From Lama guanicoe (lineage: Eukaryota): a DNA stretch of 64,000 bases. The position numbers and the translations under genes were made by a program. Shown piece by piece: positions 23,631-37,406 of this stretch. Positions within the stretch are counted from its first letter, which is position 1, and each line of letters starts with the position of its first letter. The notes beneath the pieces are model-generated. The model was not told where the DNA came from, did no database searches, and saw only the letters and a program-made list of their open reading frames with translations. The stretch lies in the NCBI GenBank assembly GCA_013239625.1, contig MU053994.1, forward strand, positions 4,135,434-4,199,433, read 5' to 3'.

Positions 23631-26600
23631 ACAAGCAATAAGCCTTTTGTCTCATTCCTTAAGCCAAAGAGACTGAAACTGTGGGGCCACTAAGTCAAGT
23701 TAAATATATTGACTAATCCCTTTTAACCCCCAAGATACTGTGATTTTAGAATATGCTGGGATTTTTTTTGCCTAAATTAGGAAGTGAATGAGAGGTTCTA
23801 AAGCAAGAAAAATGGGCTGGATGAGAGTGGAAAAGGAGAGGAAAAAGTTCCTCCTAAGCAGAATCTTTCATTTAAAAGGGTGAGGTAAAATGTGGCCAGG
23901 ATAAAATGAAACTTAGGCCAGGTGTGTACAATGATATATGCACAAAATTTTAGGAAAAAACAGGAATATTAATTCTTATCTTTAACAAAGAAAAATCAAT
24001 AATTGAAATCCAGAAGCAGTGATGACCAAAATTTGGGGTGCAAGAAAAAACTGGAAGCTCTCCCCAGCTTTTTTTTTTCCTGAAAATGAAAACTCTGACT
24101 TCATAAAAATAAATTAATAATGAAAATGAGGCTTGTTTCTTTTTAGGATCAGTGACTCAAAGGAGATAGAAACCATTGACGATCAATATGAAAAAGGCAA
24201 TTTAATTGGCTTTTTATTTTTCAAGAAAATAAGAGAAATGTCAAACATTAGGCTCTTCTGGGTTATATGGAAGGAATAGAGAACATTAAAAATTCAATAA
24301 ATAGAACAAATAAAATATATATGCAATTTTTCTATTTTCATCCTTTATTATCCATAGTTATAGGAATAAGAAAGAGGATTAAAAAAAGAAAGAGATAGAT
24401 GGCTTGGGAGAGGCTTTAAATTCAATAACAGAAAAGAAAGGAGCACACATGTAAACCCACATGGACATACAAACATAGCTAGAAAAAGACACACCCGAAT
24501 AAAGACTTGGATATAGGTTTCTATGGCTTAGAATCTCTATTTTGTATTGTTTTAGAATAAGCTAGCAAAGACTTGAAAAATCATGTTTTATTTTTGACCT
24601 TCATGATCTCTATTCTTGGTTTAGGAGTTTATGAGACTCTAGTGTTTGCTGTGGTGGGGGTGGAGGGGACAGAGAGACAGAGAGACAGACAGAAAGAAAA
24701 TGAAAGGCTTTCTAAAGGAGCCGACATAAGAGGTATGATGAGAACCTTCGTTCAGAGTAAGGACTATTTCAGGAAGGGAGTATTTTGAGATTTCGTATTC
24801 TTTGTAAAATAAGTTTAATTGCTGAAAGAGACAACATGGTGTGGTGGAGAAGTCCGAAAATAGGTTTCATTGGCTGTCATTTCTCTCCTTGGAGATCTTC
24901 TGGGTCATCTATTTGTCCTTATCTCACACTAGTCAGAATTCCTGGAGTGGGATGGCACTGGGGGTACTTACACTGCTGTTAACACACTACTTCCTTTATG
25001 ACCCACTGGGAGTAGATAAGTAAACATATAAGATTTTGTATCTTGTAAAAGAGATGCTTAAGCAGAGACCCATTTGTTGACATGTAAAATTAACCATGGT
25101 CCACCAAGTGTGTCTACTAATAAGTTTGTTATGAGTAACGTGTCTGGATTTATTCCATGCTAAACCTTTTAATTTTTTATACTTATGTTGCTATATACCG
25201 GAGATATCCTACAAACTCGGAGCTTTGCACAGCTTTGTCACCCGTATTGTTACAGCTTTAAAAAATATTCCACTTTCACTTATCCAATTCCATAGCTATT
25301 GGTCCAGAAAAAGATAATATGTAATATTGTGGGCTTATTATTTTCATGAACTTAATATGCTCATGAATCATTGAATGTCTTTGGTAACTGCTTCTTGTGT
25401 CCATGTTATCGTGTGTTATTGATCCACAGTGACGATGATAAAATCAGTTTTCTTTCTATTCTTGCTATTGATGTTCTATCCAAAATCATTTAAAACTCTC
25501 TGAGCTCAATTGTATCATTTTTGTTTTGCAGACAGAGACCTTTTTTGAGTGTATACTATGGTGAGACGCCATGCTAGTCACTGGAGTTGAATACCTTGTT
25601 GCCCTGACTCTGTCCTGCAAAATGGCTTCTAGCCTCATTTGTTGATTTATAAACCTATAAACCTGTTGTTGTAGCCTGTCAACATGTTTCAGTTAAATGA
25701 AACATTATTATTAAAAGTTCTGTAACAAAGGAAAAGAGACCTATTTAGGTGTGTGTTTTAAACAAATTGGCTTCAAATATCAATCCCCTAACTCTTCCCT
25801 GTTGATCATATGGTAAAATATGACCAACAAAAAATGCTTATAGACTGAGACCTTTTCCTCTCAGGATAGAAGTAGTTCACAGTAATGGAGATATTCAAGC
25901 CTTTACGTGAGAACAAGGCTTAGCTGTCCTGGCCTTGTATATAGGGGAGTCAGAGGCTTGAGTTTAGGTCCATTAACAAGATGGATGGAATTCCAGCCAT
26001 AGCATTCAAAACATTGATGAAATTCTACACTAATCACTCCTCTCCACCTGAACTGAGCCTGGTCTTTCTTGTTTCTCTCTCTCAGCGCCAGTAGTTTAGA
26101 AGTAGAGATCTGCTCCATTTTTCTTAAAGAGACAGAGTTTAGTAGTAGAAATAAGAACAATTATTTGGCTATGTCATGATGGTCAGTATAAATTAATTCT
26201 GGTTGCATGGTATAATTTAAGCCAAAATACACTCACTCTCTAAACTCTAAACATAGCTAAAATGACTTTTGCTTCCTTTTTCCCAAGGGAAGAAATTACA
26301 ATATTCTATAAGAAAATAGTTAAAACACTATCTGAAAACTTACTTGACTCTTTCTTAGTCTCCCAGGTTAGATAATACTGGCAGAATTTTAGATTTTTAA
26401 CTTGAGGTCAAACTGGAATAAATACTATGAAATAAGTATTAATATAAACAGAGAAGAAAGAGAAATGTTTTGTACTGGAAGTTGGAGACCTGTGATCAAG
26501 AGTGTTTCACAGGGAAGAACTTTAAGGACTTCAGCTGGTTCTTAGATTACCCAAAATATTTTGATAAAGCGAGAAGGAGGGCAAGATTATCAGGTTTAAG

Positions 26601-26887
26601 TGAAGGTCTATGCCAGTGTCTTGGCAATTGTGGTGTTTGGGGAGCACGGGATGTTTTCATGTAGTCATTCCATATGATTGGGAATGGCTGGACACCAGGC
26701 CAGTGAATTATTTCTAAGTTAATTCCTAAGTGTCTAGTGATATAAATACAGTCAGACCACTTCATTGATCTATGTTCAAAAAACCTGCCAAATTAGAGTT
26801 TTTTCTCTCACAGGCTTATTTTATCCTGAATCCCAGGTGGAGGAATGGTATATAATCATTATTAGCTCAATTGTTTTAGACCCAAAG

Positions 26888-27335
26888 TGTCAGTTATCTG
26901 TTGCCATAAATAATGCTGCATAACACCCCCCTCCCAAAAAAAATTAAACCATAGCTTGTGGGTCTGTGGATCAGCTGGGTGATTCTTATGGTCTGGGCCA
27001 GGCTAAGATAATCTTGTCTGCAAGTGATCATGTGTCAGCAGTTAGCTGGCTAATCTCCTGGGCACTGGAAGTTCTCTGATGGCCTTGTTTGAGATGGCTG
27101 TCCTCCATATGATCGCTCACCCTCCAGCAGGCTACTCCAGCCTGATTCACATAGATCTCTGGGATCCAAGAAAGCAAGAAGTGTGAAAGGCCCTATGAGG
27201 CCTGCTAGACTTTGGACTGCAACACCATCAATTCCACTGCATTCTGTTGGCAAAGCAAATCACAGGGTTGGTCCAGTTTCAAGGGGTGGGATATAAATCC
27301 CACTTCTTGATGGGAGAGGTTTCAAAGTCATGTTG
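26888..27335 (-). mobile_element. MLT1 (J/K-like) solo LTR
   Basis: tcagttatctgttgcc...taatgctgcataac; cctccagcaggct; attctgttggcaaagcaaatcaca; cacttcttgatgggag. Confidence 0.75.
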
Positions 27336-28239
27336 GAAAGGGCATGGATTCAGAGGGGCGTGGACAATTGTGCCATTTTTGTAATCAATCTACCTTGGAA
27401 TAGGAGGCTTAATCATTGAAAAGCATATATCAGGTTAAGTATGTGTCTCCCAGGTTGGAAAGGATTAAAGTATTGTTTGTTAGAGAGGAATTGCATATGG
27501 CATGCTGGGAAATTAAAGATCATAAAACAAGAGCAATGCATTATATTGGAGTTAGAAAAATGAAATCAGCTTCCTCAAGTCTAGCTCAAAGCATAGAATA
27601 AGATAATCGCCTATAAATTTTAAAAAAAAGTTTTAAGAAGAACTAAGATTCCATGAGAAAATATATAAAACTTATTTTTCAATCTTTATGTGAACCAAAC
27701 TGCAAGTCCTAATTTTCTGAATGTCAGTGTGGATACAAAGCAAGTTTTGTAACTTGTGATTATGCAGTAAGTGGCAAGGTGGAAAGGAGACTATCTTCTG
27801 GGGAAAATCACATTGCATCCTTGGTAAAAGAACAAAAGTGACTTTCTCCTACCTCCTGATGGCAAATAACTGAAATTGCAGAGACCAGCCTACAGGCATG
27901 ACTCATCCTGTTACCATCATAGGCTTTGCAGTCTGTTTCACTTTGTTTTCAAACCCTAATTTTGCTCAGAGAATCTCCCAGACTCACTTTTTCCAAATAC
28001 AGCTTGGATAGATGCAAAGAGCACTGTTCTAAGAGTACGAGGGATGTAGAAAGTTGGGTGATAGTTCTGGTTTTGATGCTCTGTACCTTTGATTCTTCTG
28101 TACCCTGATTTTCCCAGCTACTAAATATTAATGCTTTAAATTTCTCCTGCATGAAGATTATAAGTACAAATGAAAGCACATTTAAAAAGTGCTTCATGCA
28201 TTGCCGGGCGATTAAAATGGAATGAGGAGAGTTTTGGTG

Positions 28240-28740
28240 TCAAAAGCCTTAGAATTTTGCATACTTCTTGACCCAAGAATTCCACTTTTAGAGATTTATT
28301 TTAAGGAAATAATCAGGGATGTGCATAAAGCTTTAGCTGCAGAGACACTTATTCCTCCAATTTCATGACAGCAAAAATATTGAAAACAACCAAAATGACC
28401 CAAATTAGGGGTTTGGATAAGTAAATTACAGTAGATCCATACATTAAAATTCGAGGCAGCAGTGAGAAATGATGATCTGGAGAATTTTTATGAATATATG
28501 CTGAATAGTTTCCATGTCACTAAATGAGAAAGCATGTAGCAAAATAATATGTTCAGTATAATTACATTTTTGAGTGAAATATGTATATAAAAAGACTGAG
28601 AGAATATGTTCTAAAATGTTGTCCGTAGTTATCTACATTGGAGACAGGGATGGATTTTATTTTCTTACTTTTGCTTCACACTATTTTCTACATGTATTAC
28701 TTTTATATAACAACTTTTAGTGTTCTTTCTTATTACAAAG
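28240..28740 (+). mobile_element. Ancient L1 (L1ME-like) 3' fragment
   Basis: ttgacccaagaattccacttttagagatttattttaaggaaataatc; ggataagtaaatt; aaaatgttgtccgtagttatct. Confidence 0.7.
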
Positions 28741-30209
28741 GTTTATGGAATAAAATTTATAAGTATAAAGCATTTTTTTTATGCTTACCTCCTGAGTCAG
28801 GACACTATAATAATGAGAACTCAAATTCAAAACTCTGCATCTTTAAGAGCTTTGCCAGCTGACATTTGTCCTTGTCACAGACAAAAGACTTTCCTATTTA
28901 TGTTTACAGCATTGAAAAATGCACAGTATCTTACAGCACAAGGAGGAAGATTTACAGTAAAGCCCTTCATCTCAGTGCATGGGTATACCTGTAAGTCATT
29001 CGACAGACTCACATTAAGTATAAGCCTCAAAGCAGCAGATGTATCAAACAAACAATAAAATTTGAGTGTGTCTGCACTATCTGCATCTTTGTTTCTCTGT
29101 GTAAGCACGAGTGTCTTGCTAAACTCTGTTCCAGAGCCATCACATTGTACATTCAACATATATTTACTTTGGGACTATATATTATTAGCTGAGCCTGGTA
29201 CCATGATTCTGGAAAAATCAGGTTGCCAGTGGTTTCTTGGAATGAGAGTTCTTGCAGACAGACAACAATACCTTCAGCGTAGTGTAGGTCTTGTATGTAA
29301 TATAAAATAAGCAAAAGACATTAAATCTGCCCTCAGGAAACTTATTTTCTGGTTGAAAAGAAAAAATATACTCACTGAATAACTAGGAAAAATATACCAT
29401 TCACCCACTCATTCAGAAAGATTTATTTAGAACTTACTGGTGATGAACAGTTTGCCAGAGTGGAGAAATCTATGACACAATTTTAGAATATAATTCAGGG
29501 TCAATTAATGCCAAATGTTATAATTTAGGGAAGGGGGAGAGTAATCTTAGTCCCCACAAAACTTTATTTCAGAGCTGGAAGGAATCCTGAGAGCATCTTG
29601 TCTAAATGAACCTAGTGTGATTTTATGGAAGTGGTATCTAAGTAGGCGGGAAGACTTCATAGTAGAAATATATCCTGGGATGGGATTGAAATGATGAGTG
29701 GAATTTGATGGAGAAGAATGACAGAAGAGTACTCAACCAGAGGAAGAAATCAACGAAGAATCTGACTGGTCAAGGGTATGACCTGTAAGTGAGCCTAAGA
29801 GATAAGAGCGTGAACTGAACATTTACCCAAGGTCCAAACACAGAGAGAAAGGTTTTCTATTGATTCACAACAAACTCCAGGCATTAAAGAATGGAGCTCT
29901 TAAGGCCATTATTCTCCCTGAAAATAGAGATGGACAGTAGATAAACAGCCCCAAATAGGTGTTCACCTTTATTCCTAAAAACAAACAAACAAGCTAAGAG
30001 TTAAACATAAACAAACAATTATTAAAAAAAAAAAACAACCCTGTAGGCTGTGGGGGAAAGACCTTGCAGTCTTCCAGCTGTACAGATACTTCTAAGATGA
30101 TGTTTTTGAAGAAGGAGTGAAAAGAACTGAGCATGAACTCCAGCTCTACCATTAAGTCCTCTTGGAGTTCTCAGTCTTCAATCATCTCTTCATCTTAAAA
30201 TGGAATATT

Positions 30210-32625
30210 GCCACTTCTAGCCAGGATAGAACAAGATGAACTAGATTTATATTCCTGCCTGAACCAATCACAGAAACCAGACAAAATATATGAAACAACA
30301 CTATTCAAGTCACTGGGAATCAGACAGTGAAGGACAAAGATCCTTGAGAAAGGGAAAGAAATGAGGTGAAACTTATAGTTACCGCAACTCACCATTTGAA
30401 GAGTGTTTCTAGGCTGTGGTGAAGAAAGGGAAACCCAGGCAGAGCCTAGTGGTCTCCCTGAGTTGAAGAGACAGAGCTGAGAGTCTTGGGGGACCAAGGC
30501 AGCTTGCTCCCTAACATTATATTTAATAGTGAAAGACTACGCTTTCCTCCTAAGATCAGGAACAAGACAAGAATGTTTGCTCTTACTGGTTCTATTCAAC
30601 ATTGGACTGGAGTCTAGCCAGTAAAACTGAATGAGGAAATAAAAGGCATTCCTACTGGAAAGGGAGATGTGAGACTCTCTTTATTCTTAAACAATATGAT
30701 TGTCTATGTAAAAAATCTGATTGCATCTACAAAAAAAGCTACTAGAACTAAAATACAAGCTTAGCAAAGTTGCAGGATGTAAGATCAATATACAAAAATC
30801 AATGGTATTCCTAAATGCCAGCAACAATCAGAAATTAAACTTAAATAAACAATAACATTTAAGATATCTTAGAGATACTTAAAGATAAATCTGACAAAGA
30901 TGTGAAAGAGTCGTACATCAAAGACTATAAAACATTGCTGAGAGAAATTAAATAAGACCTAAAGAAATGGAGAGATATACCTTGTCCATGGGTCAGAAGA
31001 CTTGATATAAGTAATAAATCCTCCTTAAATTAATCTACAGATTTACTCTAATCCAGAAGACTCGACAGAACTTTTTTTTGCAGAAAATGAAAATCAAATT
31101 TAAAATTCATATGGTGGAAATACAAGAGACCTAGAATGGCCTGAAAATTTTGAAGAACAATAATTTTAGAAGACATACACTACTTGATTTCAAGGCTTAT
31201 TTATAAAGCTATAGTAATCAAGACTATATAGGATTACATCAAGATAGGCAAAGAAATCAATGAAACAGGATAGAGAGTTAAAAAGTGGACTCATACATAT
31301 ACGGACAACTGATTTTAAACAAAGATATAATGGCTATTCAGTAGAGACAGGTAGGCTTTTTTCACAAATGATGCTGAAACAGTTGAATAACCACAGGCAA
31401 AAACAAACAAAAACACTTCAGCCCATACCTTGTACCATATACAAAATTTAACTCAATTAAACATAAAAGCTAAAGCTGTAAAACTTCTAGAAGAAAGCAT
31501 AAGAGAAAATCTTTGCAATCTTGGATGAGACAAAGATTTCTTATATGCCATATCAAAGGAATGATGCATTCAAAAAATCGATAAATTTGATTCCAACAAA
31601 GTTAAAACCTTCTGTTCTTCAAAAGACACTGTTCAGAGAATGAAAAGGCAAACCACAGATGGGGAGAAAATATTTGTCTGATATAGGACTTGCATTCAGA
31701 ATATATAAAGAACTCTGAATCTTCAATAATAAGAAAACAAGCAGCCCAGTTAAAAAATGGGCAAAGGATTTTAACAGCAAATAAGCACAGAAAAGATGTT
31801 CAACGTATTTAGTCAGTAAGAAAATGCAAATTAAAACTACAAAGAAATACAACTGCACATCTGTTAAATTAAATTGAAATTTAATTACAAGTATAAAGGC
31901 TGACCACACCAAGATTTGGTGAGAATGCAGAGGAACTGAAACTTTCATACACTGCTGCTGAGAATATGAAGTAATATAACCACTTTGCAAAACATTTTTG
32001 CAGTTTCTTAAGAAATTAAACACATACCTACTGTACGATCCAAGTATTTTACATGTAAGCATTTTCCCAAGGGAAAAAAGAAAGCACATGTTCGTACAAA
32101 GATGTGTGCCTGAATGTTCACAGCAGCTTTATTTGTAATAGCCCCAAACTGGAAACACCCCAAGTGTCCTCAACAGGTTGATGTATCCACACTGTCATAT
32201 ATCTGTATGATAGAATGCTACTCAACGATTTAAAAAAACAGTTAAACGAAATGAACTTTGATATACGCAGCCACATAGATGAAACTCAAAATTGTTATAC
32301 TGAGTGAAAAAGCCCCAACGACAGCAAAAAGGAGTGTGTCGTATACAATTCTATTTGTGTAGAAATTTAGAAAATGCAAACTAATCTATCATGACAGAAA
32401 GCAGATTAATGGTTGCTTGGGAGAGAGGTTGGGAGGAGTGGAAGGGAGAAATTATAAAGGGTCAAAGGCAACTTTTGGAGGTGATGCATATGTTCACCGT
32501 CTTGACTGCAGTAATGGTTTCACAGATGTGTGCACATGCCAACACTTATCCAATTATATACTTTACATATGTGCAGATTATTGTATGTCAATTATGCCTC
32601 AATAAAGCTGTTCAAAAATTTTTTA
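30210..32625 (+). mobile_element. Old L1 (L1MC/MD-like): 5' UTR piece joined to degenerate ORF2 C-terminal half and 3' UTR
   Basis: ORF2 motifs ctaagatcaggaacaagacaagaatg, tctattcaacatt, aagatcaatatacaaaaatcaa, aaagctatagtaatcaagac, aaaacttctagaagaaa. 3' end attatgcctcaataaagctg. Many stops and frameshifts. Confidence 0.88.
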
Positions 32626-32723
32626 AAAAGCAGAATGATTATAAGGACTATTATGATGATGAATTGGGATACTACATACCCAAGGGCTTTGGAAACAAAC
32701 AGTACACAATATGAGCGGCTGTT

Positions 32724-32876
32724 CGTTTTATTAAATTGTATTTTTATTCATGTAAGCCAATTGCTGCTTTATTGTTAAAGGAGGTAGGGAAAAAGAAATA
32801 AAATATTTTTAACATAAAAGAGAGCAAAATTATATTATACTTCTGATTTCTCCAAAACTTTTTTGGAGAAAAAAAA
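32724..32876 (+). other. TSD-flanked, poly(A)-ended insertion of non-TE-looking sequence (orphan transduction or retrocopy fragment)
   Basis: AATRTGAGCGGCTGTT at 32708-32723 and 32877-32892, with an A tract just before the second copy. Confidence 0.65.
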
Positions 32877-33109
32877 AATGTGAGCGGCTGTTAGGATCTG
32901 TGCTTATAGCTGATCAACTTTGTTAAGCATTGATGCTGAAGTTTACTTACACACATTTTCACAAGACTCTTCTTGGTGGTGGGGAGCATGCCACTAATGA
33001 TTGCACCGGATATGATGGTTTTCGTTTCTTTCAGCCTAGTTTGGCATAAATCAATAAGCCTACACTTGTCAGAACATGACATATGTTGTCTTTCTTCCTC
33101 CTTGTCTTT

Positions 33110-33286
33110 TTTTTTTTATCTAATTGAAGTATAGTCAGTTACAATGTGTCAATTTCTGGTGCACAGCATCATGTTCCAGTCATACATATACATACATGTA
33201 TTTGTTTTCATATTCTTTTTCATGATGGGCTACTATAAGATAGTGAATATAGTTCCCTGTGCCGTACGTTGTAAACTTGTTGTTTA
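33110..33286 (-). mobile_element. 5'-truncated L1 3' end
   Basis: T run, taattgaagtatagtcagtt, aatttctggtg, gaatatagttccctgtgc. TSD TCTTCCTCCYTGTCTTT at 33093-33109 and 33287-33303. Confidence 0.9.
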
Positions 33287-34624
33287 TCTTCCTCCCTGTC
33301 TTTCTGTGTCTCAGTCTTGACCCTGATTACCTTCCTGATGCTCGGCGAGGATAGCTCAAAGCACAATCGTTTTCATCATTTATTCAGCATACCTAACACA
33401 GCTATTTAAAAATTTACTGCTGAGATGCATATCATCATGGAGGTTAAAATAAAACACACTAAGTACAAGTTCCATTTTTCAAAAGGCTTATCCGATAAGT
33501 CAAACCCGAGAAAGTGGAAAGTCTGGCTTCTGACTGCAGAATCAGGAAAAATATCTGTGCCTTGTCCAATCAAACATTTGAGGCCAAGCAAACTCCTTGG
33601 GAAACCTTAATTTTTTTTATTACCAATTTATGAGTTGAGGGATGAGATGTTTTAGGAGTCTCATTGCTAAGCCAGAGGAATCAATATTTTTCTGTTAACA
33701 GGCAAGCTGTCACATAAACAAATCAGCTGAAAACCTCCATTTAGCAGCTCAGGGAGAAAACGCCTGCTCTAGAGGCTTACGAAAGCCAGTTCTTTGCTGT
33801 GTTTTGGTCTTATCATAAGCTGGGCCAGCAAAACCCTCAGCAGCTTCCCTTCTAGTGAGTATCTGTACCACTGTTCTGCACCTGTTTAGGAGATTCTAAT
33901 TCGCCTCGCTCGCTAATCTAATATCTTGTAATTTGTTGATTTGGGAACAAAGCTTGTCTTCTCTGTTACTTGGAAAAGAGGAATTTGAAGCCTTCTGTTG
34001 ATTCCATTTATCACACCCCTTCTCCTTCTCCTTCTCCAGGAGTTACAAGTGTAATAGATCATAAAGGCTCCTGGCAAGGCTGAGGTTGTAACTTTTAAGG
34101 TTAGAGAGGAAAAGAAAGACACTGAGAAGCCTTCTCACTCACAGAGCCGTTTCAGGGTCCATCTTGTATTTTGTTTTCACCCTTGTGAATCATCAAGTAA
34201 GAGCAGTACATTACCATTATTAAGTGGAGATAGGAGTGAGTGTTGTTAAGATACACTGCTGTGTGCTGAATGAGTCTGACTTATCATTGATGTACATTCA
34301 GACCTACCCTTGCTTTGAACAAATCGAGTAATCATTCACTCAGCGAATACCAAGTCACCAAATACTAAGTGCCGAACATTGTGCTAGGTGCTAAGGATTA
34401 AATAACCTTTCAGGAGCAGTCCTTTTCCTGAAGACAAATACGACGTGAATGTAAAGTATCTCCCATGTGAACTGAGGTATAACGTGTGATACACATACAA
34501 CCTTTTTAGAAACAATTTACTGCATAAAGCAAGATAATCCTGTGTGTGTGTAGTCGTGTTCCTGCTCATGTGTGTCTTTTAGCTCCTTGTTACAGCACAG
34601 TACTGAGAAGGAGAAGTTTGTCAG

Positions 34625-34806
34625 GCAGCGTTTATCAGAGACGGTCATATATCACCTCCGTCAGAATCACATGGAAGTGCTTAGGAAAAATGCAGTCCTG
34701 GGCCTCCTTCCAATTCTAATTAATCAGAATCTCTGGGATGTGATTCTGAACATTAACTCTGTTCCTAGGTAACTCTGAGCACATCGAGTTTTAAAAAAGT
34801 GCTGCT
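34625..34806. mobile_element. MER5B-like MITE
   Basis: tcagaatcacatggaagtgctt...aaatgcagtcctgggcc...aatcagaatctctggg. Confidence 0.6.
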
Positions 34807-35601
34807 CAAAAAACAAGTTATAAGAATGACTGCAATTTTAAAAATATGAAGACAGCCTCTGGGAGGTAAGGGCAGAAACTCCTGGGAAAGACCTATGAGT
34901 TTCGTGGTGCCTGTGGTGACTCAGGGGCACTTCCTGCAAAGTGGCCCTGCTGTATTTCCAGAGCAGAGCAGAAATGTTTGCTGGAGGGGTGTCTGACACG
35001 TAGAGAGGGGCTTGGCAATGGGGAAATGGACACTTGGTTCTCACCCTGCTTCTGTTGCCCCAAACTTGTGATATCAGAAGGGTCATTTCCCTGATAGTTA
35101 CTCTTCTTTTTTAAAAAAAAAATACTAGGCAAAAAAATCACAAAAATGCGCTTTGACCACATCAAGTGTAAATCAGTGCCTTTCCTGCTTATCTGATTAG
35201 GTCACTGTGAGGTGCCAATGAGATAGCATTATGTCAGTTACGTGAAAAGAATGGAGCATTTAACCAATGCAGAGTATTCAGTTTGTTCCCCTACTACCCT
35301 TTCATGTCCTCTTTATTTGGCTGGAAGTGGGACATCTAACTGGCTTTCCTTCACCTCCATGCTTCTTGCCAAAGACTAAGTAATGACTCCCCCTACTGTC
35401 CCTTCTGCTCAGTCCTGAAGTTAACTACTGGAATGTGGAAGAGGTCACAGCGTAGGATTCCTGGATCAAAGGCCATGTGAGAGACCTACTGTCTAGGCCT
35501 CCCTCAATATTTAATTCCTGTTTTAATTGAGGAAGTATGTGGCCTAAGAACTATTGGGATTATTATCCAGTGTTTACACCAGGCAGAGGGAAACAGTAAC
35601 C

Positions 35602-35617
35602 TGTTGCCATGGCAACA
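35602..35617. promoter_or_regulatory. Perfect palindromic RFX X-box
   Basis: TGTTGCCATGGCAACA, a 16-bp palindrome containing the optimal GTTGCCATGGCAAC, in non-repeat sequence. Confidence 0.7.
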
Positions 35618-35711
35618 AGATTTCCTTTGCGAATTTTTTTCTCACTGGACTTCTTTAAATGGAAGCATCTCTAGCACCACCACCCTTATGTCACAGGAAC
35701 AGAGGGGCGTT

Positions 35712-36245
35712 GTTCCTTAGAGTCCTTACCTATGGCTGCATAACAAATTACCCCCACCCTTAGTGGCTTCAAATGACAAAAATGTATTATCCCCCAGTTT
35801 ATGTGGATTAGGATTCTGGGAGTAGCTAGATTGGGCCCTCTAACTTGAGATCTTTCACAAGGCTGCAGCTGGGGCTGTGTTCTCGCCTCTGGGAGGATCA
35901 GACTCTAAGCTCACTCACATACTTACTAGTGGGCTTCATTGGGTGGAGGGCTCCTTGAGGGCCACAGGTTCTCGCTGGCTGTTGATCAGAGAGTGCCTCC
36001 AATGTCTAACCGCATGGCAATATCCATAAGACGGTTTACAACACGGCCATTTGCTTCCCCCAGAGCGAGGTTCTCTGAAAGAACGAGAGAGAAGGCTTTT
36101 TGCAACCTAACCTCTCAAGGGACATCTCATGCCTTTTGCCACACCCTACTAATTAGAATCAAGCCCCTAAGTCCAGCCCACACTCAAGGGGAAGGGATTA
36201 CACAAGGGCATGACTGCCAGGAGGCAGGGACCACACTGTCTAACA
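35712..36245 (-). mobile_element. MLT1 solo LTR
   Basis: tggctgcataacaaattacccc...ttagtggctt; aagtccagcccacactcaaggggaagggattacacaagggcatga. Confidence 0.8.
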
Positions 36246-36569
36246 CAGGCTCGTAACTATTTAGAAGCCTGGTAAAAGCATCTCTTCCAAGTTAGTGGTT
36301 TGCTCGTCAGTGAACAATTATTTGTTGTGTGTTTTCTCTATGTAGGAAGGGTTTGAACAGGACAGAAAATGCTTGAATATTTTCTAAAGCATTTGCCTTA
36401 TCTTCTCCTGTTCTACTATGTGGAACTTCTATTTATTCTTTGTTTTATTTACTCTATAGTTATAGAATGTAGAAAGTAAAAGTTATCTGATGAGATGGAA
36501 TGATCTAGGTAATCAAGTTGGAGAAGTCTTCCTGAGCACATAAGGATTATCCAGAATTTATAGAGGTGA

Positions 36570-36822
36570 TATAGCAGAGATCTTGGGAGTACTGACTCTG
36601 GAATGAAGGTGTTTTAAATTCAAACCCTGACTTAGCCACTCAGTAGTGGTATGACTTTGGGCAAGTAAATTAATTTCTCTGTCTCAATTTATTTACCTAC
36701 ATAATATGGGTTAAAAATAGTTCCTACACCATAGGGTTATATTATGGATTAAATAAAGTCATGCATTTGAAAAGGGGAGTACTGAACCTAGCACACAGTT
36801 AGGTTCAATAAATACCATGTTA
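36570..36822 (+). mobile_element. MIR SINE
   Basis: gactctgga, tgactttgggcaagt, catagggtt, ggttcaataaat. Confidence 0.8.
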
Positions 36823-37406
36823 TATAATTTATTGGGAGCTTGATGTAGAATAGAGGTCACTAGATCACTTCTGATTGAGGAATCTGGAATTCAGGGCTCA
36901 TTCTATTATTAGTTAGAACTCTCTACTCTATGATATTACATGTTCCTTAGTTCTCCATTATACCAAGAACTTGTTCATGCTTTAATGATAAGTCTTTTAA
37001 GAATATATTTCACCTTTTCCCCTCACAATTATCTTCTCTTGGGGGTCAATCCTTATAGGTTTTACACCACCAGTATAGTTTTATGGCAACCCATTTTCAG
37101 GTAAATATGATGTATTAGAGGGAGAATTCCTGCCTCCACCAAGCTTGAGGGGTGATTTATGTACAATGACAGGTTAAAATGAGCTAGTTTCCCACGCTGA
37201 TACAGAACAGGTATTGGGAATTTTGTCCTTCCTGGTCCCTGCCTCTGCTCACTTAAATGGTGATTTATTCTGATCCACTCCTCTATTTTTTTCTGACTTT
37301 GCCATTATTTTCTCATGAGCAGACATCAAAGTTTTCTTACTGCTTTGGTCCAGGGGGCACATCTCCAGAAATCATTGGCCAAGCCCTCCTGACTTTATAT
37401 TTTGAT

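Noticed and set aside
23880..25500. AT-rich stretch possibly derived from an ancient LINE or DNA transposon
   Set aside because: No diagnostic motif or termini could be confirmed by eye.
31619..32089. 156-aa minus-strand ORF
   Set aside because: Antisense to degenerate L1 ORF2, a common spurious hydrophobic ORF.
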